A stretch of DNA of 64,000 nt from assembly GCA_010093815.1 (NCBI GenBank), contig ML996588.1. One strand, written 5' to 3'. Below, piece after piece: positions 1 through 12,882 of the stretch. The stretch is from Pseudovirgaria hyperparasitica (taxonomy: Eukaryota). Position 1 is the stretch's first letter; each line of letters opens with the position of its first letter. The notes beneath the pieces were generated by a model. The model was not told the origin of the DNA and searched no databases. It was given only the letters and a program-made list of their open reading frames with translations. A program made the translations under genes and the position numbers.

Positions 1-354
1 CTGTATCTCTTGGCATTGTTGAAAGAAATAGCTGCAGGGTGTGATCCTATCTTCAACCGTCATCCGTGCCACTACCACTACAGCGAGCCTGGAGGCGAAA
101 CCCATGTCATACTACCCCAAATACCAGTATCGGCCGTGAAGCACCTAGTCTTATATTAGCCGTTTATCTTCTTCTTGTGGAATAGCCTGACGGTGCTCAA
201 GGCTTGGGGCATCACTATAATATCTACACAGATCATGCCCTCTCTTCTCGCCACTCGAGTTACACCTCCCTCTTTTCAAGCTACAAGCTACTCCATTTCT
301 ATTACACAGGCACATCAGCAATCATAGAACATATCGTTGCATTCACTATAGAAC

Positions 355-3145
355 ATGCCTTCAGAGATTCAGAAAAGAAAACGTCCTGTTGCTGCTTGCC
401 AACCATGCTACTCGAAAAAGCAGAAGGTATGCACTCTTTCCACACTCTTGAAGGGAGACCCATACTCCAAGAGTATAATCTGTTGACTTCTTACTAGTGT
501 GACCATCAATATCCCTGCTCCAACTGTGTCAGGAGAAGACTACCAGAACTATGCAATTACACCTTCGCAGACAACGATAACGCGCAATCCAAACCAAAGT
601 CTGCTCCACAACGAAGTCCCAAACGACCTGCTCATGGCTCGCAATCACCGACATCCTCCGATGATCTGATGGATAGTAGCTCATCCTCACCTCTGCCAGC
701 TTTGGACTTGGATAGCAACACACCTTATGAAGCTAATCTGTCTTCTTGTCTTGGCTATTTTGAGGGGAGCAAGTCCAATCTTTTTAGTCTTATGGATAAG
801 GTATTCTACTTATGGCTCGATATGTTGCTGAGTCTGACAAGCTAGTATAGTTCGATTTGCTGAACACCAAAGAGCTAGACGCGGACCTCTCTGGTGTTAT
901 TCCCGACGCCAACATGCCAGAAATCAAGCTGTGCCTGGACATGTTTCCAAAACGCCCAATCATCAACTGTCTTGTACAGCATTTCATTAAAGAAGTGAAC
1001 TGGTTGTACGAGATGATCCATCCAACTTTGTTCCTAAACAAGTATGAACAGTGGTGGAAGTCTGTCCCAGGATCCAGCGTTGATAGCCTTGACTTCGGCA
1101 TCCTTATACTTCGCATTTGTGCCTACAGCGCTCAATTTATTCCATCAGGTACGCACAGTGGAGACACGATACGCAATGTCCCAGTAAATACAGTTCGTCA
1201 GCATTGTGATAAGCTGGCTACTAGATTATGGCGCCTCGTCGAACAGATCGAAGGTCCAAAGTCATTGACATGTGTCCACCACCTCTTCTATCACGCATGT
1301 TACATGCAGAATGAGGGTTCCATGCGAGATGCCTGGTACATCCTAGGAAACGCCATCCGGGTGACTCAAGATCTAGGAATGCACTTGGAAGAACCACTTC
1401 GGTCACAAACGCCATTGAATGACCTTGAGAAGGACATGAGACGCCGTGCATTCTGGAACCTCTATATCTGGGACCGTTTCCTGTCCCTTGTCCTGGATCG
1501 ATCGCCATGTATTCCAGAGGAGCATTACTGCAGTGTCGACTTGCCTAAGATGCGGATACTTTCGGGCGCACAACAAAATACGAACGCACCAGACGTTTTC
1601 ACTGAGCGTATACTACAAGCCAAACTCAGTAAACTGTGGTTTTCGCTCGTACCCGCCAACAGGGCAAAACCCGACATTTACGATCCAAGCGTAGCTGAGG
1701 AGGTCTATGAGAAGCTCTGCCGTGAGTTCGTTGCAGAGCTGCCTCTAGTGTTCAGTCTCCAGAGTCCAGATACTCAATGGGATCAGCAAATTCCGATGCT
1801 TGCTCGTCAGCGCCAAACTCTCAAGATCTCTGTCTTTGTCATCCTCTGCCAGCTCTTCCAGCCATTGCTCCACTTATCGACCGAGCAAATTCAGACGATG
1901 CCTCACTACAAACGTGATCTCATCACCACTCATCGCAATCACCTGGTGACGTCATGTGTTTCTTTGCTTGAGGGTGTATCCCAACTTCATGATTTGATGG
2001 GCAACACACCAGCACGTTTCCATTTGCTCAGTTTCTTCTCTTTCGAGCCAGCAATGTTGTTGGCAATGTACGTCATGAGTACTGCAATGAGCCACAAGGC
2101 CCTTACCAAAGCCCGCGAACAGGATGGGCGTCGCCATCTCTTTGCTTCGCCCCCTATGACGCCGACAGTCGCCTCAATTGATAACCCTAAAGGCGTCTTG
2201 ACTGCCACAGAGTGCCGCGTCCACATTGAAACGGCTCTCCAGCGTCTGACCTTGTTGCAGGAGTCTACCATGATCGCGAGAGTCTCGGCTCGCAAACTCA
2301 AGGAAGTCCTAGCCAAGCTTGATTCACTATCTGCTGAGCCCAATATCGGCAGTGATGATGAGGCAATAGACAACGACCGACTGACTCCGGCTACAAGACA
2401 TACACACTCTACTTCTGTTTCTAGTGCTCTTGGTAAAAAGAAAGCAAACTCTTCTACCACTGATACAGTCAGTACTACGAACTGGTTAAGCCCATTCGAG
2501 GTACCGGCCGTGACTACTACCACGCCTACGTCGACTCGCCAACACGGCCAGTCCGTCGGTCAAACATCTCGTCGAACATCGCGTCCACAACTCTCCCGTA
2601 TGCATTCCTTCGCAAGCATGACATCCGTCAGTCTCGATTCACCGCCTGTCCAGGGGCATAGTCATGGGCGCGAAATGAGCACATACCGTCCCAATCATCA
2701 AAATGCATATTCACACTCGCACTCCACTTCTCTCTCTCTACCACATGCCATGATCCTGGACGGAACGTCATCGCCTCACCACGGTTGGCATCTGACCTCT
2801 CCGCCGCCGGCATTCAGTCCGAACGGACCTTGTTTATCTGCACCAGTCGACGGATATCACACGAACACGTTCTCAAATTTCAGCTGCCATGACTCCGGTA
2901 TAGGGGACAGTGTTAGTAGCGCTCACTCAAGTGTTCATTTCGGATTCGATAATGGCCAGTGGCCAGCGTTGTATGATGAAAATGAGGCAAGTAATGGCCT
3001 GGGTGTCTTTGTGGGTGATATGAGCGAACAATTCGTCGATTCTAGGAAGGGGTATTTTGATTCGACCAGAAGTGTAAGGTGTGATAGCGGCGTTGGGGAC
3101 GTGCCAGAGACCACCGATTTTGATGATGGCATGGAGGCCAAATGA
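355..3145 (+). CDS. Zn(II)2Cys6 fungal transcription factor with fungal-specific middle homology region
   Basis: ATG 355 gives MPSEIQKRKRPVAACQPCYSKKQK; after the intron at ~427-497 it continues CDHQYPCSNCVRR, completing the six-Cys cluster. A second intron at ~801-850 joins the 762-aa ORF carrying AWYILGNAIRVTQDLGMH and MRRRAFWNLYIWDRFLS (Fungal_trans motifs) and a Ser/Thr-rich tail. Confidence 0.9.
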
Positions 3146-3519
3146 AGTCATGCGGGCCTATCCTTTCCTTTGCGGTCTTGTTTACAACCCTTTATTCGTA
3201 ATATTTATCAAACAGCTCACGGCCGCTTCCTTGTCAATATTGGCGTTGATGGTGTTTCTTAACCGCTTTCCTTTGTCTCTCTTTCGTCTATCTTACCAGT
3301 ATATACCCGCTCATGTCCTGATGCCCTTTCTTTAGTTTTACTATGATGTCGCATATATTTTTTCATATCTGGTGTTTTTATCATGTACACTTCAATGGGT
3401 GATGCATAGCTGGCTTGCCCGGAGGAAACCATGACTCAGCTTGTACGTTATCAAGACATATCCATTAACGCTTGAAATTCTATAGATATAAGATTATTAC
3501 TATTCGTTGTCTTGCTCAG

Positions 3520-4745
3520 TGAGTCTGTCATGCACTCGTGTATTCCGCCCCATATACTCCGCTCTTGCTAAGTAAAATCAACATCGAGTCGCCAGATTCT
3601 CTTTCCCTTTGCCACGCAGGTCCATAAACAGTCATAGTCTCCAAAGTAAACCGTCGTTCTGATCGTATGTGAAAGCACACCACCTAGGTACCTCCGCCCA
3701 TTACTCGTGACGTTGATCTTAGAACTCATCCATGGGGGGTGATCTACGTGAAGGAACTATAACTATATGGTGAGAGTAAAGGTTTCACTATAGATCGATA
3801 TGACTAACCAGGAGCGTCGTTGGGAGTCCTATCAACTCGTGATGAGGCCTACATACATTTTAGAGTGCCACAAATCTCGCTGCAGCCTCATGCGCATCTT
3901 CAAGCACGAACGCCGTAGCAACTATACCACCCTCGCCCCTGTGAATTCATTCTCGACCCAAGGACCCCTCGGCGCCTCTCTCCCAAAGCATCGCATCCGT
4001 ACTGCAACCAACGCTGACACAGTCGCACAACAATCCCTTCGGAGAGCATTCCTCGCCGTGTAACCACCAACGCGCGCGCATTTCTCCCACCAAACACGGC
4101 GCTTTCTCCTACTGGTCGTACTCACGCCACAGGGTATCCGCTCCTGTATCACCATCTAGATCTCGTATAGGGTCTTTCGCAGTACTGTATCCCAGTACGG
4201 ATCCTCACGGGGTAATACTGGGGACCCTGCCGGTATCTTGACATGGCGTGGGATTGCTGACGAGAGATTATTGCCAAGGTTAGGGGGCGGAGAGGACTGG
4301 GTAGAGAAGGAGAGTTTTGGGAGGCGAGTTGGCCCTTGCGATGGTCAAGGAGACCCTGCTCTGGAGATCTGGGGTTCACGGCCAGGGGAAAGGGGCAGGA
4401 TGAACGAATGGTAGGGGTTGCTATAGGTGGGAAGGTTATTTGTGAGGTTCGTTTAGGTGACGACGTGAGTGTTGTCTGATCCTGTTCCTGGACCCGAACA
4501 TGGGGTTCCTTGTCAGTTGAAGCACGGATAAGGTAGTTATGGGGGTCAGGGGCGATAAACTATCGTGTCTAGGTGTTACTAGTTGGTACGCGTACTTGGA
4601 GGAGAGCGCTCAACACGAATACTGCTAGCTGCTACTATTTTTACGAGTCTGGGACCCGACAGTAAGGAACGAGGTACAGTAGTGCTGTCTGTACAGCTGG
4701 ACCGAGTAACATTGATAACATACGCTATGTTATGGCGACAGGCAC
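3520..4745 (+). ncRNA. Candidate long structured non-coding RNA / fold-back element, family unknown
   Basis: No credible ORF. More than 15 mutually nested complementary segments centred near 4205, e.g. 3523-29/4737-43, 3592-99/4645-52, 3681-88/4568-75, 3808-15/4484-91, 3916-22/4417-23, 3941-48/4372-79, 4121-29/4244-52, 4191-97/4216-22. Many non-Watson-Crick positions are G-U on the + strand. Confidence 0.55.
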
Positions 4746-4921
4746 GGAAATACACAATTAAGCTAAATACAATTGACAGAACATGTTTGCAGGGGTGGGG
4801 GGTCAATGGTATGATGACAGCTCAGTCAGGTACGCAAACAAGACGCCTTACAACATCCGAAACATTCGACCCGGTGAGCACCGTATAGCCCTACTGAGTA
4901 ATCCGGAAGAATATCTCTTGA

Positions 4922-6997
4922 TCACATGTGGTGTGACCTGGTAGTCGGACCTGGCTTGAGCGACTCCTCGAAGGTTTTACTATCCTGGGCATGTTGTTCC
5001 AAGAACCTGACAGGAATCGGAACATGTACCGCCCTGATGTACTCTGCAAACCCCTTTCCAAGTCCATCCAGCAGCTTGGAACTACTTATGCCTCTTCCTA
5101 GAGGCCCATAGATGACGAAGTGTACAGCGCATATCTTCGTCATCTCAACCCTTTCTACAAAGTACCAATCTTTCCAGTCATCGCCCATCAGCTGCTTTAC
5201 TCTAGCTCTAGTCATGAAGGTGCGAAACCACTCCCATGCGTCCTGGGTAACATATAATCCCAGATTGACGTTTGCGCCTTTGTCGCCAGAACGCCCGAGT
5301 GCAATGTCGCCCAGTGGCCGCATGATAGTCGGTCCAAAGCTCTGCGATATGACAGCCGGGTCATAATTTTCGCGTGGCTGTAGTGGCTCTGTCTTTGATG
5401 GTGGCCCGACCAAGTAGCGCCGTATGGAGCTCGCATCAATGATGTTCACGGCTTCTTCGAGCTCACTCTGTGGTATAGTGGCAGGATAGAAGCCCAAGAA
5501 CGGTTTTGGTATCGCGGTCCGCATGTCCGTGGACCAATGCATACCGGCGAAATGGGCCATCCCGATGGAAGCTTCTGCTGCCGCAAGCTTGCCTAGGACA
5601 GAATGATCTCGTGCTTGGGCGAAAATGCGCATATATGTAGTCGAGGAGAGCTGAGTTCTCGGATTCTCCATAGGAGTGCCAACTCGCTGGAAGTCGAGAA
5701 CGTCGAATTTGGAAAGGATGCCCCATGCTTCGAGAGTTCTCCGTACTTGCATCTCATGATAGTTCCATTTCCAATCTGTGGCATAGCCGCTGGCATTGAG
5801 AAGGATTTCGCTTTGATAGCCGGCGCGATAGAATATGGCTAGTTTAGTCGTTGGTGGCGGAGGAAACCCGATGATTCCGGTGACTTGTATCCTATCCGTA
5901 GACTCTTCTTTGATGTCGATATCTTTGATATCGGCTTTGACGTCACTGTTTAGATATATGTTCCCTTGGAGTTCATACAAAAGCTGACACTTGACAGTGT
6001 CGACAGTTACAATCCCTCCGAGAGCTTCGTGTTTTGTCACAGTACATTCGCCCGTAGCGGCGACCTCGACAATGGGTAGTCCGAGATCCATGAGCTTGTG
6101 AATGGGATACTTATACGAGCCAGCGAAGTTTGCCCCTGTGATGTAGGTCGAGCATTCGATGAGGTGACCACCTACAAATGCTCCAGCGAGTGGAGTATAG
6201 TCGTCCTCACTCCATGAATGCCACCAAGCAGCAGCAGCGATAACAGGCGAGGCATCTGCAACACGTCCGCATATGACGATATCAGCTTCCCTATCTAGAC
6301 ACTTCTTGATTGCACGGTACCCTAGATAAGCGTTTGCGCACACGATTGGCATCTCTGAAGGATGATCCATGAATGAAGTCGAGTCTTCAATCAGTTGAAC
6401 TTCCTCATTATCCTGGTCGAGATGCGTGAGGACACCACTCTTGATGTCATGAAGTAATTGGTCGACTTTGTGCATCAGATTGTCGCCGTCGACGTAAGCA
6501 ACCTTGAGACGGAGCCCTTTCTCCTTCACCTGACGCGAAATTCAGCCAATGCAGATTGCCCCGTGGAAAATATTCTCTGTACAAACCAAAGCATAGGTCT
6601 TCTCCGCGAGACCTTCCGGATTTAGTCCTCCACCATTGATGACAATTTTGATACGCTTCTCGTGAGCAATGTCGAGAGTCTGCTGGAGACCGTCCCAGGC
6701 AGAGGAAATCCAACCAGGATTAGTTCCCTTGGCGTAGTCTTCAGCTGCACTTGCCAGATTGAGTTCTGTTCATGTTTCAGCTGTTCCGACTTGTGGTTTA
6801 GGTATCGTGATGCTCCTGACCGGCAAGATAGTCTCCCGTGATAACATCTACATCGCCATAATATGCCTGATTGTACATATGCACACCAAGATCGGCTTCA
6901 GACTTTAGCAGCAGTCATTCGCCTGACAGTGGAGCCACATACTCGCCGCGCCTGAGCAATTCGCGATTTTGACCGGCCTCTTGATCCGATGCTCCAT
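4922..6997 (-). CDS. Acyclic terpene utilisation AtuA / DUF1446 family protein
   Basis: Spliced N-terminus MEHRIKRPVKIANCSGA... and GDVDVITGDYLA. The main ORF has ANAYLG, DIVICGRVADAS, GHLIECS, QLLYELQG and RSGDKGANVNLG ...LDGLGKGFAEY, motifs typical of this family. Confidence 0.88.
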
Positions 6998-7586
6998 AGT
7001 ACTGAGTGAGGCAGTTATGGATTCGCGGTATATAGCGTTTCAGATGCCTGGCTTTTCGAACGATACTAGATCCTCTTCACGTAGTACACGAACATACAGC
7101 GCTGGCCACATGCAAGTTAGCTGGGTTGCTAACGTTCGAGTAATTGGACGGAAATGAACAAGCTGAGCGACTACGAAGTTGTAAGGGGACTAAAGTGCTT
7201 AGTCAATTACGCTTGTAACGGCAGGCCACATGGAAGCCTCATTTTAGTTAGCATTATACACACCATAAGATACTCACTATCCTATCAGATACGTTGACAG
7301 CACGGTTGTGGAGAGGGGTAGCGTATTTAGTGGGGAACCTAGTACGTCTGACGCGTATAGACTATGCACTTTTGAGTCTTGGACCACACTTTAAAACATT
7401 CCTAACCAGCCTTGAATTAATTTCCTTTGACCTAGAGCACGCTACGGCGGACTTCCTCATAAGGCTCCGGCTTGATCATGAGGCCTACCTTCAGTATTTG
7501 TGTTTGACGTCAGAAGGGCATTGTCCATTCCCCGCAGTCACTCGAGGCAGCGTAACCATTCACTCGTCACACCCACGATACTCATC

Positions 7587-9568
7587 ATGGGCTCAGCACC
7601 TCAGTACAGCGTGCCGGAAGAGGCCCAGTCTATCTTCCAGCAGGGAATACTGGATAACGACTTGGTCCCGGATTTACCCTCCGAACTGCGTTCGCTTGCT
7701 AAGCTTGTGCGTTTCAATGGGTCTTCAGAGCCGACTCTACCCATCAATTGGCGCTTCGCGGAAAGCATATCAGCACTGAAGGCATTTGAAGCTTCAATGC
7801 TGATGATCTTGATCAGTCGTAAATACAAGACGACTCCGACCGAAGTGACTATCAATACGTGAGTCGGCCAGTGAACTCTCCGTTTGAAGGCCACTCTAAC
7901 ACGTCCTCCAGTGACCATGCTACGCTTTTCATCATGTCCCCCCTTGTAGCAAAGGTCATCAAGGATGGAGAGCCGAGAAGGATTGCGTTTGATGTCAACG
8001 GAGATGAATTCTTGAAGAAGGCATTCCCATCAACAGATAAGCATCGACTAGGGGCTACGCCGCATCGAAGCCTGACAACAAACATTTACAAGACCAAAGA
8101 TGGTCGATTTTATCACGTCCACGGTATGGAACCCTACGACTCTTATTCTAGCGTTTTTTCATGTTCCGCGCAGGAAGTCTCAACCCCGAGCCGTCCCTTG
8201 AAGCGTTGGGTCTCCCAGCCGACGCTCCTGACACCGAGACTTACGAACAGACTCTGGCGAATCTCCAATCTGCAGTTTCCACCTTTGACTCTGCCGCCCT
8301 TGATGAGCTTATGAACGAGAAGTATCGTCAGGCTGGCACCATTTGCTATTCGTCGGAAGAGTTCTTTGCCAGTGCACATGGCAAAGCAAACGCCCACGTA
8401 GCTTTGTACGAACTTCCGCCGACATCAGAGTCCTCCGGCGCTCACCCACCCTCCTGGTGGCCCGAAAACAGTAGCATCCCATCATCGCCCAAGCGTCCCC
8501 TTGCAGGGCTCAAGATCGTAGACTTGACTCGCATCATCGCAGGCCCAAGCATCACACGTGGACTAGCTGAGATGGGCGCGAGTGTCATGCGTATTACGAG
8601 CCCCCACGTTGCAGACTTTTCAGTGCTACACCCAGATTTGAACTGGGGAAAGTGGAACGGAAGTCTGCACCTCACCAATGAAGAAGATAAAGAAAAGCTA
8701 CGTGCGCTGATTCGGGACGCGGACGTCGTTGTTGATGGGTATCGGCCAGGGGTTATGGAGAAACATGGGTTTGGTCGAGATGCAATTTTTGAGCTTGTGA
8801 AGGAACGTGACAGGGGAATCATCCATGTGCGGGAGAACTGTTATGGATGGCATGGCCCATGGAGCCATCGAAGTGGGTGGCAGCAGATTAGCGATGCGGT
8901 GCGTTTACGATCTCAGGATTTGTGCTCTTGCTGACTATGCAGTGTACCGGCGTTTCGATGTCTTACGCAAAGGCCATGGGTAATGACGAAGCTGTCACTC
9001 CTGTCTTTCCAAATTCCGATTACTGGTATGCTTCTTGTCTTGATCTTATTGAGCACATCTGACTGTTTCAGCACTGGCGTCTGTGGTAGCACCGCTGTTC
9101 TCCATGCTCTTGTGCGCCGTGCCGAGTTTGGCGGGAATCAGAGTGTTGATGTAAGCACAATCGACAGTAACAATAGCTTCTTCCACTAATGTTACACAGG
9201 TCGCTCTCAATTACTACTCTCAGTGGCTTATACGCTCTGTTGGTACGTACCCTCCTGAAACATGGACCAAAGTCCACCAACGTTACAAATCACCCATCTA
9301 TCGGCATTATCACAACATGGGTTACACTCTACCTGCCATGCTCAAACTTTTGAGCGAGTACAATGCCAACACCCTGTTCGATCCCGCCTTCTTCGAGAAC
9401 CGAGCGGCAAAGAATATCGAGTTGACGTTCGTGCTACCAAAACCCATCGCACAGTTCAAGGACGAAGACGTCAAGCTAGGATACAATGTTGGTACGCGTA
9501 CGAATGGTGTTGATGTTCCGAGATGGCCGGATGACCTGAATGTTGAACATGTGACAGATGAGAATTGA
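7587..9568 (+). CDS. Family III CoA-transferase (CaiB/BaiF-like), multi-exon
   Basis: Exons encode LPINWRFAESISALKA, YKTKDGRFYHVHG, PLAGLKIVDLTRIIAGP, DLNWGK, ADVVVDGYRPG, GPWSHRSGWQQISDA and FPNSDY, separated by several short GT-AG introns. Confidence 0.9.
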
Positions 9569-10233
9569 AATGAAATGTAGGAGCTTGTTTCTCGCGCTTC
9601 TAGCAGGCGCGAATATTGATAAACAGTCCTGCCTAGCTCTTTGGGTTGACACATAGAGTGACAAGAACGCATAACAGCATCCTATCTCTCTATATTTGTG
9701 AAATTAACTGGGAGACCGAACACCTAATCCCTTCGCTCCTCATAGAATTCGAAGGCAAAGGGCTGTCAAATCACCCCTACCTAGAACGCTCTGTGTATGT
9801 TACGAGCACCATCAAAGCCCTGAAATTCACAACCTCAAGCTTTTTGCTAGCAATTCGAGGCCTTTGTAGGCTTGAAACCAAGTGGCTATCAGCTGGATGC
9901 ACTTTTCACGCCTTCTTGTAACACTATCAACCTAGAAACGCTTGACATTATATACAGAGCTATAGTCTCCCATGGAGGTAGATCTACAATTTCCGTTAGT
10001 ATGTGTCGGGCAGCAATAGGTGATGCGATCCATATTCGTTTCATGTTAGACGGTCTCACATCTTCAATCAATGTTTAATAAACCAAAATCGCAAAAATGG
10101 CGCCCTCGTACCATTAGAAATGGGAAGCCAATGTTCTAGTGTCACGATGTGCACAGTCAGATATCAAAGATCAGGGTTTGCAAATGGTCTGTTACTTTCG
10201 GGGCGCCTTGTAGACGCGAGTGGTATTACATGC

Positions 10234-10973
10234 TCAAACAAGTCCGAGCTTCTTCTTCACATCTGTCTCCGAGATATCCCGGCCTGTTTCCTCGTTGAAT
10301 CGCTTCGCCACGCGCTGGAACGCGGCTTCCGCATCCTCCACGTGCATGCGAGCCAGCATCTCGCACTCCACCTCGTTGAACTCATCGTCTACAGATAGAA
10401 ACATATATCTTCCATTTCCTCCTCTCGATCCACTACTCGGCTCCGCTGCTGCCCCAGAGTCACCATTGGTCTTTTTGCCCTTACTGGGCTTGCCCTTCTT
10501 CTTGTTGTCTTTCTTTTTCTCAAGATCCGGCTTTTCGATCTCTTTGTCGTCGGACTTGATCTGTGGGAAACGTTTCTTCAGCGCCCACGCTGGCTTGCCC
10601 GTTTCGGAGGCAATGTCTTTCCAGGACTTTCCTTCGGCTTTCATGCGGAGGAGTGTAGCATCTTGGTCGGCAGTGAAGACGTCTGGTGCTGGTGTTGGTT
10701 CAGCTACGACTGCTGGGGTTTCGGCTGGAGCAGGCTCAGTCGCTGCAACAGGCTCAGGAGGTTTGTCATCTGCAGGAGCTACAGCCGCGACCGTAGCACT
10801 CTTCTCTTTCTGTATAAAGTTGTCAGTGGCCTGCGTGAGAATGAGACTGCAGCTCTAGAGTTTGATACAAGTAGAGCCATGAATACCTCCTGACGGACCT
10901 TTGGAACCCAGCTCGGTTTACCGCCCATTGCAACACGATATACGTCAAACATTGAGACGCGCTTCGGAGGCAT
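10234..10973 (-). CDS. Small lysine-rich fungal hypothetical protein with Myb/SANT-like helix-turn-helix segment
   Basis: MPPKRVSM... start, a probable intron near 10850-10890, then FTADQDATLLRMKAEGKSWKDIASETGKPAWALKKRF (W..IA..G HTH pattern). Confidence 0.6.
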
Positions 10974-11612
10974 TGTTCGTCAGTTTCGTAGATGTGAAGA
11001 TGTGTCGATTCTGTGAACGGGATGGTTTGTGGTTAGGTGAAATTTATAGGATTGAGTGTGCTTGGTCGACTTGAGATATAGACGAGTCGGTGAGCTAACG
11101 GTGGTTCACTCAGCGCCTTGATGGAAAGAATGGCGGACAATAGGCTCGTGTAATGTCAATTGGCACGCGTTCACTTCCCTTAAACCAATGTTGCCGTTGT
11201 TCAAACACGTCATTGACAGCATGGGGTACCCTTGTCCGAGAAGTGAAACAGTATAGACAGTTTTTCAGCTGATGGTCAGTCCGGCGATATTTGGATGATC
11301 TTGGGACAGTTGAAGTGCAGTATTGATCATTACTGCATACTGTTGAAGAATCGAAATCGTAAAAAATAGCATAAATCCCATAATAAAATCACAACACGTC
11401 GAGTATAACAGGTCGAGAGTGCCTTTGTGGTAAGCCATTTAGAACACACGTCAATACTGAAAATTGAAGACCGCATCTACTGCACTTACCAACACATTCA
11501 TCTGGTTGCGAACGTCAATTCTTATAGTGGAGGAAAATGGAGCAAAATATCTATGGCCTAGCACGGTTTGACACTGAAAGTGATATCAAGGACAGCGTCA
11601 ATAGCGAGTGCA

Positions 11613-12404
11613 CTACAAGAAAATAGTGATTTCGCTCTCCATGCCTGGCTCCAGTTTTAGACTTCTGAGCGCTTTTAGGGTGTCCTCCCATGGTACAGCA
11701 AATTTTCCTGCATTGATCTTACAAATGCGCAGTTCACCGACATCCTCACCTACGTTTCGTGCGTCTCGAATCTGTCGTAGCAAATCTAATAGCGCCGGTC
11801 CTGTGTTTGCGAGTATGCGTGCAGGTACATCCTTGCGCCGTCCATAGTGCCTGCTCGTAAACAAACAGCCGACATAATGTTGCGGCTCGTTCTTCTGCTC
11901 ACTAGCAGGAGAAGGTGGAATCAAGAGCGCTGTTCCAGGTTTAGCATCTGAGGGATTCTTCTTGCAGTACGAAGCGTAACGTGTGTTAGCCTTTGGATAT
12001 CGCAAACGGAATTCTGCAGCAATTCCGGTGCCCCATACGCCTGCACAATTGCAAGCATGAATGAAGACAGTGCGGGAAGGGGCGACGGAAAAGATATCGC
12101 CGTGAGTTGTAGTGATACTAAGACGCGTTGGTGGGAGAGGGGTCGCAAGTGGCGTAGATTGCAGGAGAGTACTGCGTTCTCCTAGTACTGTTCCCTCATT
12201 GATGCTGCAGGTCTCTGCTATGAAATCTGATCGAGATGTAGCTCTCGCGACCGACTCAAAGGTAACATCAGGCGCGGCCCCGTGGTCAGACTCAGGCTTA
12301 ATGACAGGTTGGACGGAAGGACTAGGGTGTGAGCTTTCAGAGGCACGAGACTCATAGTACGCATCAGCTTCCTCGCGCATCGCAGAGCTCGTTAAGCTAG
12401 GCAT
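11613..12404 (-). CDS. POA1: Macrodomain ADP-ribose 1''-phosphate phosphatase (Poa1-like)
   Basis: GDIF...IHACNCAGVWGTGIAAEFR...GCLFTS..YG...KINAGKFAVPW match the Poa1p-like macrodomain pattern. Confidence 0.82.
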   Translation of the reverse strand: MPSLTSSAMREEADAYYESRASESSHPSPSVQPVIKPESDHGAAPDVTFESVARATSRSDFIAETCSINEGTVLGERSTLLQSTPLATPLPPTRLSITTTHGDIFSVAPSRTVFIHACNCAGVWGTGIAAEFRLRYPKANTRYASYCKKNPSDAKPGTALLIPPSPASEQKNEPQHYVGCLFTSRHYGRRKDVPARILANTGPALLDLLRQIRDARNVGEDVGELRICKINAGKFAVPWEDTLKALRSLKLEPGMESEITIFL

Positions 12405-12882
12405 TCTTGCTGAAGGGCTCAGCTCTAATGATCGGTCGAACGCATCGGGGTGTTCCGAAGAGAATGAAAGAGATCGGGAGACAGACCGGAGGTCTCGCGC
12501 AAGCTGATGGTGAGCAAGAAAACCTAGATGAAAGCTGAGATTGAAGGCTTATGCTGAAAGAAGCCTACAGGGTGTTCAATGTTAGCAGTTTCCGAAGATT
12601 ATCTACGCGATATGGTGCGTTGATGTTGATGATGGTGAAAGATGACGGAGGAGCAAGCAAGTCCACACCTTAATATGGAAGTGAATGGCAGTTGCACTAA
12701 CCCCAAAGTAGCATGGTCGAGATGATGACTAAATGACTAAGCCAAAGATTCTGATTGGCCCGTATCAAGTAGCACCTTCGGCTTCACGAACTTCGACTTC
12801 TCGCTCCCGGCCAAGCTCCCCTACCTGGGTACATCACCATTGCCGTCGACCTCACCACTCCTCCATTGCCATCGCTGTCATC

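Noticed and set aside
3520..4745. Telomerase RNA, RNase P/MRP, U3 or hammerhead ribozyme as the identity of the fold-back
   Set aside because: No UAACCCUAA template on the folding strand, no GAAAGUCCCC or GGGAAAUUCGG CR-I motif, and no U3 box A. CTGACGAG at ~4257 lacks the GAAA needed for a hammerhead.
10220..10858. 212-aa plus-strand ORF and similar antisense ORFs in the track
   Set aside because: They are shadow frames opposite better-supported genes.
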